Numbered from the stretch's first letter, positions 30,101-40,594 are shown. The stretch is 64,000 nucleotides of DNA from an uncultured Bacilli bacterium (GCA_947632395.1 CANRPA010000002.1:1844-65843), one strand, 5' to 3'. The notes: generated by a model from the letters alone, not told the origin. Made by a program: numbers and translations.

Positions 30101-32242
30101 CTATAAATTTACCCTTATGCTATTTACTCCTATGTCAAAATAATTTTCTTCTAATTTAATTTTTTTATAATTATATATGTGCATAAAATTATTTTTGATT
30201 TCTATTTTATATTTGTTATTAAATCTATCTATTAAATAGCCCTTATTTTTATTATATTTTTTTAACATGTTATATTTACACACCATTACTTCTGGATAAG
30301 AATCTACTATTACTTCTAAATTAGGATGACAACTATATCTTTTTTCATAACACTCTATTAAATATTTTATTTGTTTAAAATTTAATTCATAAGATAAAGT
30401 TATTTTATTTACATTTAGTGAATGTAAGAGTGCGACTGCATATGAATTAGTTACATTGAGTGAAAAATCTGTATCTATATTTTTATATTTGTAGATACTA
30501 CCAAGTTCACCTACTAATAATTTAGTATTATAATTTTTTAAATGTTCTTGAACTCTACTAAGTTTTAATATACATTTTTTATCATTTACACTATTAAACA
30601 ATTCTAAATTATCTATATAGATTACATCAAAGTTATCTTTAAATTTTAAATAGTCTTCATATGTACTTATAAGTATACTTTTATTATTTTCTCGCTTATA
30701 ATTTTTAACACTTATATCATAATTAGACTTTTTATAATCTGTTTTATACATTCTTTTTTCATTTAATAAATATAAAACTTTTCTTCTCAATTCATTTAAC
30801 TTAGAAGTTGGTACAAATATATTATCATCTTTTTCTATTATAAGTTCACTAAATTCGTATATAGTATCTCCTAACCTATTTAATTGTTCTTTTATTTGTT
30901 CTTCCGAAGTTTCGTTTTTAATTGCTTTTTCTACTATATAATCACTTATATCTTCTACTATATTTTTAGTATCATCTACTACTAGTTTAATAGGTTTTCC
31001 AACTTTTAATATACATTTTCCTTTAATAAAAACTTTCTTTCTTTTTTTCATTTCATTTTTTATTTTTTCCAATTGTATATAATCAGAAGTTTTAACTACT
31101 ATACTATTTTTTTCTATATTTTCTTTCATAGGTATGCTTACTATATCATTTTGTTTTGCATGATAAATTTTAATATTATCCTTATACATAACATTAATAG
31201 TAGTACCTACATCGTTATCTCCTATTATTCTTATCCCATCATTTATATTTAAGTCATCGACAAGTTTTATAATTATATTTCTATTTTTATAATCTACTAC
31301 TTTACCCACATTTATTCCAATATGATTTGGCCTATAAGTATTTACATAACTATCATTTTCTTCATTAAATAAAAATCCTTTAGTAAATTTTCTATTGAAT
31401 ATTTTTTTAATGTCTTTAATATTTTCATCAGTTACTTTAGTTTTTCCAAACTTTATATAATTATCAATAGCCTTACGATATATACTAGTAATTAAATATA
31501 CATATTCAGGCCTTTTCATTCTACCTTCTATTTTTAAACTAGTTATTCCCATATCTATTAATTTAGGAATATCATTTAAAGTGTTTAAATCTCTAGTACT
31601 TAATAAATATTTGTCTTTTTCCAATATTTTATTATCTATTTCTAAACTATATTTTTGCCTGCAACATTGTGCGCATGTACCACGATTTCCACTTCTTGAT
31701 CCTATCATAGCACTCATTAAACATTGTCCAGAATAACTCATACAAAGTGCGCCATGAATAAAAACTTCAAGTTCAATATTCGTATTTTGTTTTATTTCAT
31801 TTATTAATTCTAATGGAGTTTCACGTGCAAGCACTACTCTTTTTATGCCAAGTTTTTCACATAATTTTACACCTTCTAAATTATGTATATGCATTTGTGT
31901 AGAAGAATGTATTTCTAAATTAGGATATGTTTTTCTTACTAAATCAATCATACCTATATCTTGCATTATAACAGCATCTACCCCTATTTTATGAATATAA
32001 TCTATGTAATTCATAAAATATTCAACTTCACTATCGTATATTAAAGTATTAACTGTTATATAAACTTTTACTCCATATAAATGACATGTGTTTATAGCAA
32101 TAACTAATTCTTCACGTGAAAAATTGCCAGCAAAACTTCTAGCACCAAAGTTTCTACCTGATAGATATACTGCATCACATCCTGCATTTATTGCAGCCAT
32201 TAAACATTCCATATTTCCAACTGGAGCAAGTAACTCTGGCAT
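30101..32242 (-). CDS. U32 family protein, long form (peptidase U32 / RNA hydroxylation family)
   Basis: MPELLAPVGN...AGCDAVYLSG...ARSFAGNF N-terminus and E.F.HGA.C.SYSG.C motif (FIHGALCMSYSGQCLMS). Start moved to the ATG at 32242 after GGTGAT. Confidence 0.75.
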   Translation of the reverse strand: MPELLAPVGNMECLMAAINAGCDAVYLSGRNFGARSFAGNFSREELVIAINTCHLYGVKVYITVNTLIYDSEVEYFMNYIDYIHKIGVDAVIMQDIGMIDLVRKTYPNLEIHSSTQMHIHNLEGVKLCEKLGIKRVVLARETPLELINEIKQNTNIELEVFIHGALCMSYSGQCLMSAMIGSRSGNRGTCAQCCRQKYSLEIDNKILEKDKYLLSTRDLNTLNDIPKLIDMGITSLKIEGRMKRPEYVYLITSIYRKAIDNYIKFGKTKVTDENIKDIKKIFNRKFTKGFLFNEENDSYVNTYRPNHIGINVGKVVDYKNRNIIIKLVDDLNINDGIRIIGDNDVGTTINVMYKDNIKIYHAKQNDIVSIPMKENIEKNSIVVKTSDYIQLEKIKNEMKKRKKVFIKGKCILKVGKPIKLVVDDTKNIVEDISDYIVEKAIKNETSEEQIKEQLNRLGDTIYEFSELIIEKDDNIFVPTSKLNELRRKVLYLLNEKRMYKTDYKKSNYDISVKNYKRENNKSILISTYEDYLKFKDNFDVIYIDNLELFNSVNDKKCILKLSRVQEHLKNYNTKLLVGELGSIYKYKNIDTDFSLNVTNSYAVALLHSLNVNKITLSYELNFKQIKYLIECYEKRYSCHPNLEVIVDSYPEVMVCKYNMLKKYNKNKGYLIDRFNNKYKIEIKNNFMHIYNYKKIKLEENYFDIGVNSIRVNL

Positions 32243-32330
32243 AAATATCACCTAAAATATTATATCATTTATTAAATACTTTTTAAATATCAAAATTTAT
32301 ATAATAACAAAAGAAAATAGTCCAAAAGAA

Positions 32331-33278
32331 CTATTTTAAAAATAATATTACCATATATATAATGTATAACAATACATATGCTATACCATTAGATCTACTT
32401 ACTTCATTTTTAGGAGGTATAATGGAAAATATCAATAAAAGAATTGTACCTAATATTAATATTATTAATTGTATATTATATGTAGTATTATACACAATTG
32501 GATTTATAACAGATGATGTACCTATTATAAGTAATATATTAAATATATTAGAACCTATTATATTACCTACAGCTATATCACTATTGCCTTTAATACCTGC
32601 AGTTATACTTGTAACAAATTCTGGTAAACTTGTACCTATAGCAAGTATTGTTAATCCAATTATTTTTTCACTTATATTAAAATCATTGGCAATTATAACT
32701 GAATTATTTACAACAAAATCTCCACCAAATTTAAGACCAACTATACCAAGAACTATATATATTAAATTTTTAAATATAGATATTTTTTTTATTTTTTCTT
32801 CATCACTTTTTTCTTCTTTTATTTTATTTTTTAATCCTATAAAAATCGTATATATTATAAATAATATAAATAAAATTATTAATACTACTGATTCTAATCT
32901 ATCTATTATATTATTAGTATTACAAAATAAAGTAAAAATAAGTGTTACAAATAAACATATAGGTATATCGATTAATTTAGTTTGTTGTTGAAATTTTATT
33001 GATTTTATAATGGCTGAAACTCCTAATATCAACATTAAATTACAAACGTTGCTACCTATTATATTTCCAATAGACATATCTGAATATCCATTAATAGCAG
33101 ATGTAACACTTACAAATAATTCAGGTATTGATGTCCCTATTGATACTATTGTAAGTCCTACTATTATTTCCGATACATGAAATTTTTTTGCTATATTGCT
33201 TGAACCATCTACTAAAAAGTCAGCACCTTTTATAAGTAATATAAATCCAACTACTATCATTAAAATATTTATAATCAT
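32331..33278 (-). CDS. CaCA family sodium/calcium antiporter (YrbG-like)
   Basis: Two internal alpha-repeats (GTSIPELF ... GNIIGSN and GTSLPEF ... GNIIGSN). 315 aa, about 10 TM. Confidence 0.85.
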   Translation of the reverse strand: MIINILMIVVGFILLIKGADFLVDGSSNIAKKFHVSEIIVGLTIVSIGTSIPELFVSVTSAINGYSDMSIGNIIGSNVCNLMLILGVSAIIKSIKFQQQTKLIDIPICLFVTLIFTLFCNTNNIIDRLESVVLIILFILFIIYTIFIGLKNKIKEEKSDEEKIKKISIFKNLIYIVLGIVGLKFGGDFVVNNSVIIANDFNISEKIIGLTILAIGTSLPEFVTSITAGIKGNSDIAVGNIIGSNIFNILLIIGTSSVINPIVYNTTYNIQLIILILGTILLLIFSIIPPKNEVSRSNGIAYVLLYIIYMVILFLK

Positions 33279-33330
33279 ATCTATCTCCTCTATCCTAGAA
33301 ATTATTATATATAAGTTTTAAAATAATATC

Positions 33331-33359
33331 AATAAAAATCAAAAGTTAATACTTTTGAT
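33331..33359 (-). terminator. putative terminator of the sigma factor gene
   Basis: Minus strand atcaaaag-tattaa-cttttgat followed by TTTTATT. AT-rich stem. Confidence 0.4.
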
Positions 33360-33413
33360 CTCTATTTTTATAAACATCTTTATTAATGTTAATAAATTAT
33401 ATAAATGTTTTTA

Positions 33414-35087
33414 TTATTTTATGAGTTTTTTCTGATTTTTTATTTTATTTATTGCTTTATCATGTATTTCAATAATTCTTTTTATAGTTAAGTGAGTTTT
33501 TCTACTTATTTCTTCAATAGATTCTCGTTCTTCTGTTATGCCGTAAAGTTTTTTTAATAAACTTTGTTCTAGAAGAGTTAAAATTTCACTATCAATATTA
33601 TTTTCTAGAAGACTTAAAGTGATATATTCTGTCTGTTTAGGTGAAATTTTTATTACTGGATCATCATTATCATATATATATACGGCAAGTTGATTTTTTT
33701 CACCAAAATTTAATAATTTTTCTATTGCTTTACCATGAATTTGTCTAATACGTTCCCTTGTTTTATTATATTTTTTACCAATTTCTGTAAAATTTTTAGG
33801 ATATGTTTTGATTCCATAATATTCAATCAATACTAATATTTCCATTTCACTTAATTTTGCTTTATGACAAATATTTAATATATCACTTTGTAAAAATTTT
33901 TGTTCTGCCTTTGTTTCAACAGATTCATCGTCTGAAGGTATAAGATCTCCAAATTCATCAGAATTTTCACCACAATCCAAAGGTTCATTTAAACTTACAA
34001 TATCCTGCATAGCATTATTTATTTCATCTACAGTTGTAACAGGTATATTCATAGCTTCTGCAATTTCTTCAGTTGTTGGTTCACGATTTAACTTTGCTTC
34101 TAATTCTATTCTTGTTTTATCTATTTTATTTTTTGTACTATATACATAAAAGGGCAATCTAATAATTTTACCATTTCTTTTAATTGATGAATTTATAGAC
34201 TGTCTAATCCACCATACTGCATATGTTGAAAATTTATAACCTTTACTTACATCAAATTTTTCTACTGCTCTTATAAGTCCTAAATTTCCCTCACTTATCA
34301 AATCTAAAAATTGAAGACTTCCATGATATTTATTAAGAAAATTTTTTGCAATACTAACTACAATTCTTAAATTATGTTTTATTAGTAATTCTTTAGCTGT
34401 TTCATCACCACTATTATATCTATTAAATAATTCTACTTCTTGCTCTTTTGTTAATAATGGATATTTAATAATTTCACTAAAATACATCTGTTCAAGTTCA
34501 ACTGAAAATGATAAATCATTGTCTTCAATATCATATTCATATATTTCATTAATGGTACAATATGCATCAATAAGTAGTGAAAATAATTCATTATTAAACA
34601 TATCATTAATTTCACCTGATTTTATTAATTCAATATTTTTTTCAACTATTATTTTAAGTAAATTGTTAATTTTTTCTTCTTTTAATAATTTTTCACATTC
34701 GCTAAATTTTGGTTTATGTCCAGTTTGATCAAAAAATACACATAATTTATTCATTTGAACGAGTGCAGAATCATATGAATTTACTAATTCTATATTACTA
34801 TCTATAAAAGACTTTAATAAATTATTTCTATTTTTTTTATTTATGTGCAAATTAAAATAATTGCTAATCTCTTTTTCAAAATATTCTTTAAATGATATGC
34901 CACTATTTATATTAAAACTTGTAATACATTCTCTTATTACTTCAAGTGATATTTTTTTTAATTTTGCAGGATTTATTGTTTTTTTATTTTCACCAAATAC
35001 TTTATCAATTACTGGAGTAAGCAATTCATACAATTCATTAAGTGAATATGAATTTAAATTTGCATCATATATTTTTTCTTGATCCAT
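33414..35087 (-). CDS. sigma-70 family RNA polymerase sigma factor with long N-terminal region and extra C-terminal region-4-like HTH
   Basis: Region 2 ([37 protein letters not shown]), region 3, region 4.2 ([26 protein letters not shown]), then a second copy-like segment ([26 protein letters not shown]). 557 aa. Confidence 0.8.
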   Translation of the reverse strand: MDQEKIYDANLNSYSLNELYELLTPVIDKVFGENKKTINPAKLKKISLEVIRECITSFNINSGISFKEYFEKEISNYFNLHINKKNRNNLLKSFIDSNIELVNSYDSALVQMNKLCVFFDQTGHKPKFSECEKLLKEEKINNLLKIIVEKNIELIKSGEINDMFNNELFSLLIDAYCTINEIYEYDIEDNDLSFSVELEQMYFSEIIKYPLLTKEQEVELFNRYNSGDETAKELLIKHNLRIVVSIAKNFLNKYHGSLQFLDLISEGNLGLIRAVEKFDVSKGYKFSTYAVWWIRQSINSSIKRNGKIIRLPFYVYSTKNKIDKTRIELEAKLNREPTTEEIAEAMNIPVTTVDEINNAMQDIVSLNEPLDCGENSDEFGDLIPSDDESVETKAEQKFLQSDILNICHKAKLSEMEILVLIEYYGIKTYPKNFTEIGKKYNKTRERIRQIHGKAIEKLLNFGEKNQLAVYIYDNDDPVIKISPKQTEYITLSLLENNIDSEILTLLEQSLLKKLYGITEERESIEEISRKTHLTIKRIIEIHDKAINKIKNQKKLIK

Positions 35088-35122
35088 AAAAACATCCTTT
35101 CATTTCATACTAATTTTATAAT

Positions 35123-35150
35123 ATTATAATACAAATAATTTTTTTGTCAA
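35123..35150 (-). promoter_or_regulatory. near-consensus sigma-A promoter of the sigma factor gene
   Basis: Minus strand TTGACA (35145-35150), 16-nt spacer, TATAAT (35123-35128). Confidence 0.6.
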
Positions 35151-35205
35151 ATTAAAAGGACTAACCTCTGAAATTGTGGGTTATAATCCTCTAATTATAA
35201 GTAAT

Positions 35206-35940
35206 TTAGCTTCTTGCTGCACCATCTACAGAAAGTATATTACCTGTTATATAACTTGCAAGTGGGCTTGCTAAAAACAAAAAGGCATTTGCTATGTCAC
35301 GAGGTTCACCAATTCTGCCAAGTGGTATAGTTTTAATTAAAGGTTCTATTACTTCTTTTGGTAAATTAGATACCATATCTGTATTTGTAATACCTGGTGC
35401 TACAGCATTTACACGAATGTTAAAAGGAGCAAGTTCCCTAGCTAATGATTTAGTAAGGCCATTAACAGCAAATTTACTAGTTGGATATCCAACACCCTTT
35501 GGTTGACCATATATACTTACCATTGAACTCGTATTAAGTATTACTCCACCATTTTTTTTCATGTAAGGTTCAACTACTTTTATCATATTAAACATTGCGT
35601 TTACATTTATATCCATGATACTTTTAAAATCATCACTTGTAGTTTCTTCTATACTTTTATTTGCAGATATTCCAGCATTATTTATAAGTATGTCAATGTA
35701 TCCATATTTTTTTATAATTTCTTTTACTACTTCTTCTATTTCGTTTATATTACTTAAATCAGGATAATATCCATCTGCTATAATTCCTTCTTCTTTTAAT
35801 TTTTCTAAAGCTTGTTCCACTGTCTGCTTCTTAGAGCCAAAAAGTATAACACGTGCTTTATTTTCACTAAAAACTTTTACTGTTTCATATCCTATTCCCC
35901 TAGTTCCTCCTGTAATAATTGCAACTTTTCCTTCTAACAT
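35206..35940 (-). CDS. short-chain dehydrogenase/reductase (FabG-like)
   Basis: TGGTRGIG cofactor motif, NNAGI, catalytic YPTSK. 244 aa. Confidence 0.85.
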   Translation of the reverse strand: MLEGKVAIITGGTRGIGYETVKVFSENKARVILFGSKKQTVEQALEKLKEEGIIADGYYPDLSNINEIEEVVKEIIKKYGYIDILINNAGISANKSIEETTSDDFKSIMDINVNAMFNMIKVVEPYMKKNGGVILNTSSMVSIYGQPKGVGYPTSKFAVNGLTKSLARELAPFNIRVNAVAPGITNTDMVSNLPKEVIEPLIKTIPLGRIGEPRDIANAFLFLASPLASYITGNILSVDGAARS

Positions 35941-35941
35941 A

Positions 35942-36547
35942 TTAATTCACACTTTCTTTCTTAAAATATTCTTTAGATACTCCACATATTGGACATCTAA
36001 AATCATCAGGCAAATACTCACCATAATAAATATATCCACAAGCTTTACATATCCAAGCCGTTTTACCTTTTTCTGTGGTAACTTTAAATAAATCAGTTTT
36101 ATGTTCTTGATAATATCCATAGCTCATAGGATTTTTATCATTAAAAACGTCGGCTTCAATTACCTTACCAATAAACAAAGTATGTGTATCATTTTCTATA
36201 TAATCTACTATTTCACATACTATATACCCTATTGAATCTTTTACTATTTTTATTTCTTCTTCACAAATAGTTTCTATTTTTTCAAATTTGTCAATATCCC
36301 TTGATGAATTAAATCCAAATGTTTTTATTATTTCAGGATCCACATCACGACTTAATATACTTATAGCAAATTTTTTATTTTTTTTAAGTAAATCATTTGT
36401 ATTATTTTTTTTCATAACTGCTACTGATATTAAAGGATTTTCTCCAGATGATACTTGTGAAACTGCATCTACTATGCAACCTCCACCATCTGTAGTTAAA
36501 GCATAAATACCTTGCGTTATTTTTCTTGTTATTTTTATATTTTTCAT
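35942..36547 (-). CDS. flavin reductase-like domain fused to C-terminal rubredoxin
   Basis: C-terminal WICKACGYIY...FRCPICGVSK (two CxxC rubredoxin knuckles). N-terminal flavin-reductase-like beta-barrel region. Likely start is the ATG at 36547 after GAGAGGAA; the track start at 36562 overlaps ttcA. Confidence 0.7.
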   Translation of the reverse strand: MKNIKITRKITQGIYALTTDGGGCIVDAVSQVSSGENPLISVAVMKKNNTNDLLKKNKKFAISILSRDVDPEIIKTFGFNSSRDIDKFEKIETICEEEIKIVKDSIGYIVCEIVDYIENDTHTLFIGKVIEADVFNDKNPMSYGYYQEHKTDLFKVTTEKGKTAWICKACGYIYYGEYLPDDFRCPICGVSKEYFKKESVN

Positions 36548-36548
36548 A

Positions 36549-37373
36549 TTATTTCCTCTCATAATTACTTAAGTAACTTGTATATACTCCATCTTTTTTA
36601 GTTCCTAATACACAATTTAAATTTATATTATCTAAACTTTTAAATATATTGTGATCAATATTTGGATTTATCTTTTTTAATTCACTTATAATTTTCTTTA
36701 TCTCTTTTCTTTTACTATTATTCTCGTCTATCATAGAAATTTCAGTAAATTTACATGCACAATTTAAAAATGTTAATTCATTGAAATTTTTCCATGAAAT
36801 TATATCTGATTCTTTTACTAAGTAAAGTGGTCTTATAAGTTCCAATCCTTCAAAATTTTCACTGTGCAACTTAGGTAACATAGTTTTAAGTTCAGCACCA
36901 TAAAACATAGATAATAACGTAGTTTCTATAACATCATCAAAATGATGTCCCAAAGATATTTTATTGCATCCTAATTCTTTAGCTTTGCTATATAAATATC
37001 CTCTTCTCATTCTAGCACACATATAACATGGACTTTTATCAATATTTTTTACTACATCAAATATATTGCTTTCAAATATCTCTATTGGTATGTTTAAATA
37101 CTCAGCATTCTTTTTTATTAAATTTATATTTTTATCATTATATCCAGGATTCATTACTACATAATGTACATTAAAATTAACTTTACCATGTCTTTTTAAT
37201 TCCTGAATGCATTTTGCCATTAAAAACGAATCTTTACCTCCAGATATACATACCATTATATTATCATTTTCATTTATAAGTTCATATTCACTAACTGCTT
37301 TAATAAATTTGCTCCATATATCTTTTCTATATTTCTTAATAATACTTCTTTCTATTTCCTTATATTTTTCCAT
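36549..37373 (-). CDS. ttcA: PP-loop ATPase, tRNA 2-thiocytidine synthetase TtcA-like
   Basis: CISGGKDS PP-loop, conserved Cys pairs (CYMCARMRR, CACKF). 274 aa. Confidence 0.7.
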   Translation of the reverse strand: MEKYKEIERSIIKKYRKDIWSKFIKAVSEYELINENDNIMVCISGGKDSFLMAKCIQELKRHGKVNFNVHYVVMNPGYNDKNINLIKKNAEYLNIPIEIFESNIFDVVKNIDKSPCYMCARMRRGYLYSKAKELGCNKISLGHHFDDVIETTLLSMFYGAELKTMLPKLHSENFEGLELIRPLYLVKESDIISWKNFNELTFLNCACKFTEISMIDENNSKRKEIKKIISELKKINPNIDHNIFKSLDNINLNCVLGTKKDGVYTSYLSNYERK

Positions 37374-37414
37374 ATTTACTCCCTAAATAATTTTAGCATA
37401 AATAGAAAAAACTA

Positions 37415-37726
37415 TCAATTATGATAGTCTATGTTTTCGATTATATTTGACATTTTATCTATGAATTGTGCGCTGACATCTTCTAAACTATTTAAATATG
37501 CATACAAAGCATCTAAAAATTCATCTTCAGTTATATTTTTTCTGTTTACATTTAACATTTCTTTATTTAAAATCATGTTAGGCATAATACCAAATTTAGT
37601 ACATATTTTAGAATAATTTGAAATAATTTCTTCAATACCATCAATTACTTCTTTTCTTTTTATATCTATAGGTAAACGTTTATAATACTCTATAAGTCCA
37701 CCAAAAGCTTCTTTTTCTACTTCCAT
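37415..37726 (-). CDS. hypothetical helical protein (103 aa)
   Basis: ORF whose ATG lies 1 nt after the stop of the upstream ORF (ATG TAG T ATG). No recognised family. Confidence 0.5.
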   Translation of the reverse strand: MEVEKEAFGGLIEYYKRLPIDIKRKEVIDGIEEIISNYSKICTKFGIMPNMILNKEMLNVNRKNITEDEFLDALYAYLNSLEDVSAQFIDKMSNIIENIDYHN

Positions 37727-37727
37727 A

Positions 37728-38114
37728 CTACATTTTTACCTTTACTACTTCCGCTAAATTTTTTTGATGATTATTTAGATATTTTTCTATAACACTTAAC
37801 ATATGTGAAGTAGAAACTTTAATTTTGCATATTTGTTTATACTTGTTTTTAAATAGATAATAATTATCTATATTTGTTTCCTCAATAGCTAATTTTTTTC
37901 TTCTAACTTCTTTTTGTCGGTTTATTTCATTAGAACCTACTATTCTTTCTATCTGCTTATCTAAATATAAAATTTCTGATTTAAATGCATTTATATCATC
38001 TATGTTTTTGTTATTTGATTTTAATAATTCATTTAATTTTATTTGTAAATCTAACTTTCGTTTTTCCAAAGATTTTACATCCTCATTACCTATCATAACA
38101 TCACCATCTAGCAT
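37728..38114 (-). CDS. hypothetical coiled-coil protein (about 122-128 aa)
   Basis: ORF immediately downstream of pcrA. K/E-rich heptad-like N-terminal half. Start ambiguous (38114 or the ATG at 38096). Confidence 0.5.
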   Translation of the reverse strand: MLDGDVMIGNEDVKSLEKRKLDLQIKLNELLKSNNKNIDDINAFKSEILYLDKQIERIVGSNEINRQKEVRRKKLAIEETNIDNYYLFKNKYKQICKIKVSTSHMLSVIEKYLNNHQKNLAEVVKVKM

Positions 38115-38126
38115 AATAATAATATA

Positions 38127-40250
38127 CTATATTAATTGGTTATTTTCAAGTTCTTTAGATATTTTTTTTAAACTTTTATGACCCTTCATTATTTTTACTA
38201 TACCATATGGATGTTTAAAAGCTATAGTTAAAAAAGCATTTTCTATTCCTATTATAACCCCTTCACCATATTTATTGTGAACTACTTTTTCACCTAATGA
38301 ATATTCTTCATCTTCATTTATGTTGGATTTATTTATACTTTGCTTCATATTAAATAAATTTAATTTAACTTCTTCCTTATCTAAATATTCATCACTTATT
38401 TCATTTATAAATCTACTTGGTGGATTATATTGATCTTGACCATATAATAATCTTCTTTTCGTATTAATAATAGTCAATTTTTTTCTTGCACGTGTTATTG
38501 CAACATAGCAAAGTCTTCTTTCTTCTTCTACTTCACTATCACTATATAAACTCATAGTATGTGGGAATATTCCCTCTTCAAATCCCACTATAAATACATT
38601 GTCAAATTCAAGACCTTTTGCAGAGTGAACAGTCATAAGAGTTACTACATCAGTTTGATTTTTATGTTCTTCAATATCCGATACTAAACTTATTTCATAT
38701 AAAAATTCACTAAGTGATACTATTCCATATGTATTTTCAAAATTCTTTGTTATAGATTTAAATTCCTCTAAATTCTCTAGTCTTGATTCAGATTCTATTG
38801 AATTTTCTGCTTCTAATTCTTTTCTTATGCCAGTTTTATCAAGTATTAAGTCTACTAATTCAGTAAGAGTTATTTCTTCACTTTTTTCTTTTAAATCTAA
38901 TATTAATTTTTTAAATTCTAACTCTTTACCACTATCTATTACATTAAATATACTTTCATTTAACATATTGGCTTTAGTAGTTAAATTTTCTAGTGTTTTA
39001 AGACCTATTCCTCTTTTAGGAACATTTATAATTCTTTCTAAACTAATATCATCATCTGCGTTATAAATTAATTTTAAATAACTAATTAAGTCCTTAATTT
39101 CTTTTCTATTATAGAAATAAAAACTTCCTACTACTTTATATGGTATATTTTCTTTCAAAAAGGCTTCCTCTATATTTCGTGATTGAGCATTAGTTCTATA
39201 AAGGACTGCTATTTGATCAAGTGAAACAGATTCGTTAATTAATTTTTTTACATTATCAACTACATATTTAGCTTCTTCTTTTTCATCATTGCATCTTTTA
39301 TATTTTATTAAATCTCCCTCATTATTATTAGTCCATAAATTTTTTTCTTTTCTTTCTTTATTGTTTTTTATTACATCATTTGCTGCTCCTAATATATTCT
39401 TAGTTGAACGATAATTTTGTTCTAAAAGAATTGTTTTTGTATTTTTATAATCTTTTTCAAAATTAAGTATATTTCTATAATTTGAACCTCTAAAACCATA
39501 TATACTTTGATCTGGATCGCCTACTACACATATATTTTTATATTTTGCACTCATCATTTTAGTAAGTATATATTGTACATGATTAGTATCTTGATATTCA
39601 TCTATCAATATATACTTAAATTTTTCTTGATAATACATTAATATATTTGGATTTTCTTGAAATAATTTTATTGGTAACATTAATAAATCATCAAAATCCA
39701 AACTATTATTTGTCATTAATTTATCTTGATATTTTCTATATACATTTACAACTATTTCATCCATTTCATTATTTTTATATCTATCTAAATCATCAGGTGA
39801 CATTAATTCATTTTTAGCGCTACTAATTCTATTTCTTATTGCTTTAGGATTATATATTTTTGGATCCAAATTCATATCCTTAAGTATATTTTTTATAGCT
39901 GAAAGTGAATCATCTGCATCTATTATTGTAAAATTTGATTTAAACCCTAATTTTTCATAATGATTTTTTATAATTTTTAATCCAAATGAATGAAATGTAG
40001 ATATTTGTATTAAATTTGAATCTATACCTAACATATTTTGAACTCGTAATTTCATTTCATTTGCTGCTTTATTTGTAAAAGTAATTGCGAGTATACTAGT
40101 TGGATCTACATTATTATTTTCTATAAGATAGGCAATTTTGGTTGTAAGTACCCTAGTTTTACCACTTCCTGCACCTGCTAAAATAAGCATTGGCCCATCT
40201 GTATTTAATACGGCCTCCTTTTGTTTATCATTTAAGTTATCTAGTATCAT
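38127..40250 (-). CDS. pcrA: ATP-dependent DNA helicase PcrA (UvrD/Rep family)
   Basis: LNDKQKEAV, AGAGSGKTRVLT (motif I), DEYQDTN (motif II), TVHSAKGLEF, VAITRA. 707 aa. GGAGG SD. Confidence 0.95.
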   Translation of the reverse strand: MILDNLNDKQKEAVLNTDGPMLILAGAGSGKTRVLTTKIAYLIENNNVDPTSILAITFTNKAANEMKLRVQNMLGIDSNLIQISTFHSFGLKIIKNHYEKLGFKSNFTIIDADDSLSAIKNILKDMNLDPKIYNPKAIRNRISSAKNELMSPDDLDRYKNNEMDEIVVNVYRKYQDKLMTNNSLDFDDLLMLPIKLFQENPNILMYYQEKFKYILIDEYQDTNHVQYILTKMMSAKYKNICVVGDPDQSIYGFRGSNYRNILNFEKDYKNTKTILLEQNYRSTKNILGAANDVIKNNKERKEKNLWTNNNEGDLIKYKRCNDEKEEAKYVVDNVKKLINESVSLDQIAVLYRTNAQSRNIEEAFLKENIPYKVVGSFYFYNRKEIKDLISYLKLIYNADDDISLERIINVPKRGIGLKTLENLTTKANMLNESIFNVIDSGKELEFKKLILDLKEKSEEITLTELVDLILDKTGIRKELEAENSIESESRLENLEEFKSITKNFENTYGIVSLSEFLYEISLVSDIEEHKNQTDVVTLMTVHSAKGLEFDNVFIVGFEEGIFPHTMSLYSDSEVEEERRLCYVAITRARKKLTIINTKRRLLYGQDQYNPPSRFINEISDEYLDKEEVKLNLFNMKQSINKSNINEDEEYSLGEKVVHNKYGEGVIIGIENAFLTIAFKHPYGIVKIMKGHKSLKKISKELENNQLI

Positions 40251-40273
40251 ATTTGCCTCCTTAAACCTATTTA

Positions 40274-40302
40274 ATTATAACAAACATAAGTTTGTTATAC
40301 AA
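40274..40302 (-). promoter_or_regulatory. pcrA promoter with embedded perfect 10-bp inverted-repeat operator (SOS-box-like)
   Basis: Minus strand TTGTAT (40297-40302), 17-nt spacer, TATAAT (40274-40279). IR tataacaaac-ataa-gtttgttata (40276-40299) fills the spacer. Core CAAACnnnnGTTTG resembles the Cheo box CGAACnnnnGTTCG. Confidence 0.6.
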
Positions 40303-40417
40303 TAGTTTTTTTAATAAATTAAAAAATATAATATTTAAAATATTTTTTATAATACATTTTCTTTAAAATAGTAAAAAGTTGTGTAAAATTCTTAATGAAT
40401 TTTATTTTTTTAAAATT

Positions 40418-40440
40418 AAAAGAAGCATTACGCTTCTTTT
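40418..40440 (-). terminator. intrinsic terminator of the 50-aa membrane protein gene
   Basis: aaaagaagc-attac-gcttctttt, a 9-bp stem directly after the TAG stop. T-rich tract follows on the minus strand. Confidence 0.6.
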
Positions 40441-40441
40441 A

Positions 40442-40594
40442 CTACATCATATCTTCTAGTTTTTTATTAGCCTTTTTGATAGCCTCATCAGCCACATCTT
40501 CTAATTTATTCATTATAGGTTCACTATATTTTTGGTAAGCTAAAACCGCACCTGCACCAACAGCTATTAAAGCCATAGTTTTTGCTATTTTCAT
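40442..40594 (-). CDS. 50-aa small membrane-anchored protein
   Basis: Hand translation: MKIAKTMALIAVGAGAVLAYQKYSEPIMNKLEDVADEAIKKANKKLEDMM. GAGGTGAT SD. Followed by a terminator. Not in ORF track (<60 aa). Confidence 0.6.
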   Translation of the reverse strand: MKIAKTMALIAVGAGAVLAYQKYSEPIMNKLEDVADEAIKKANKKLEDMM

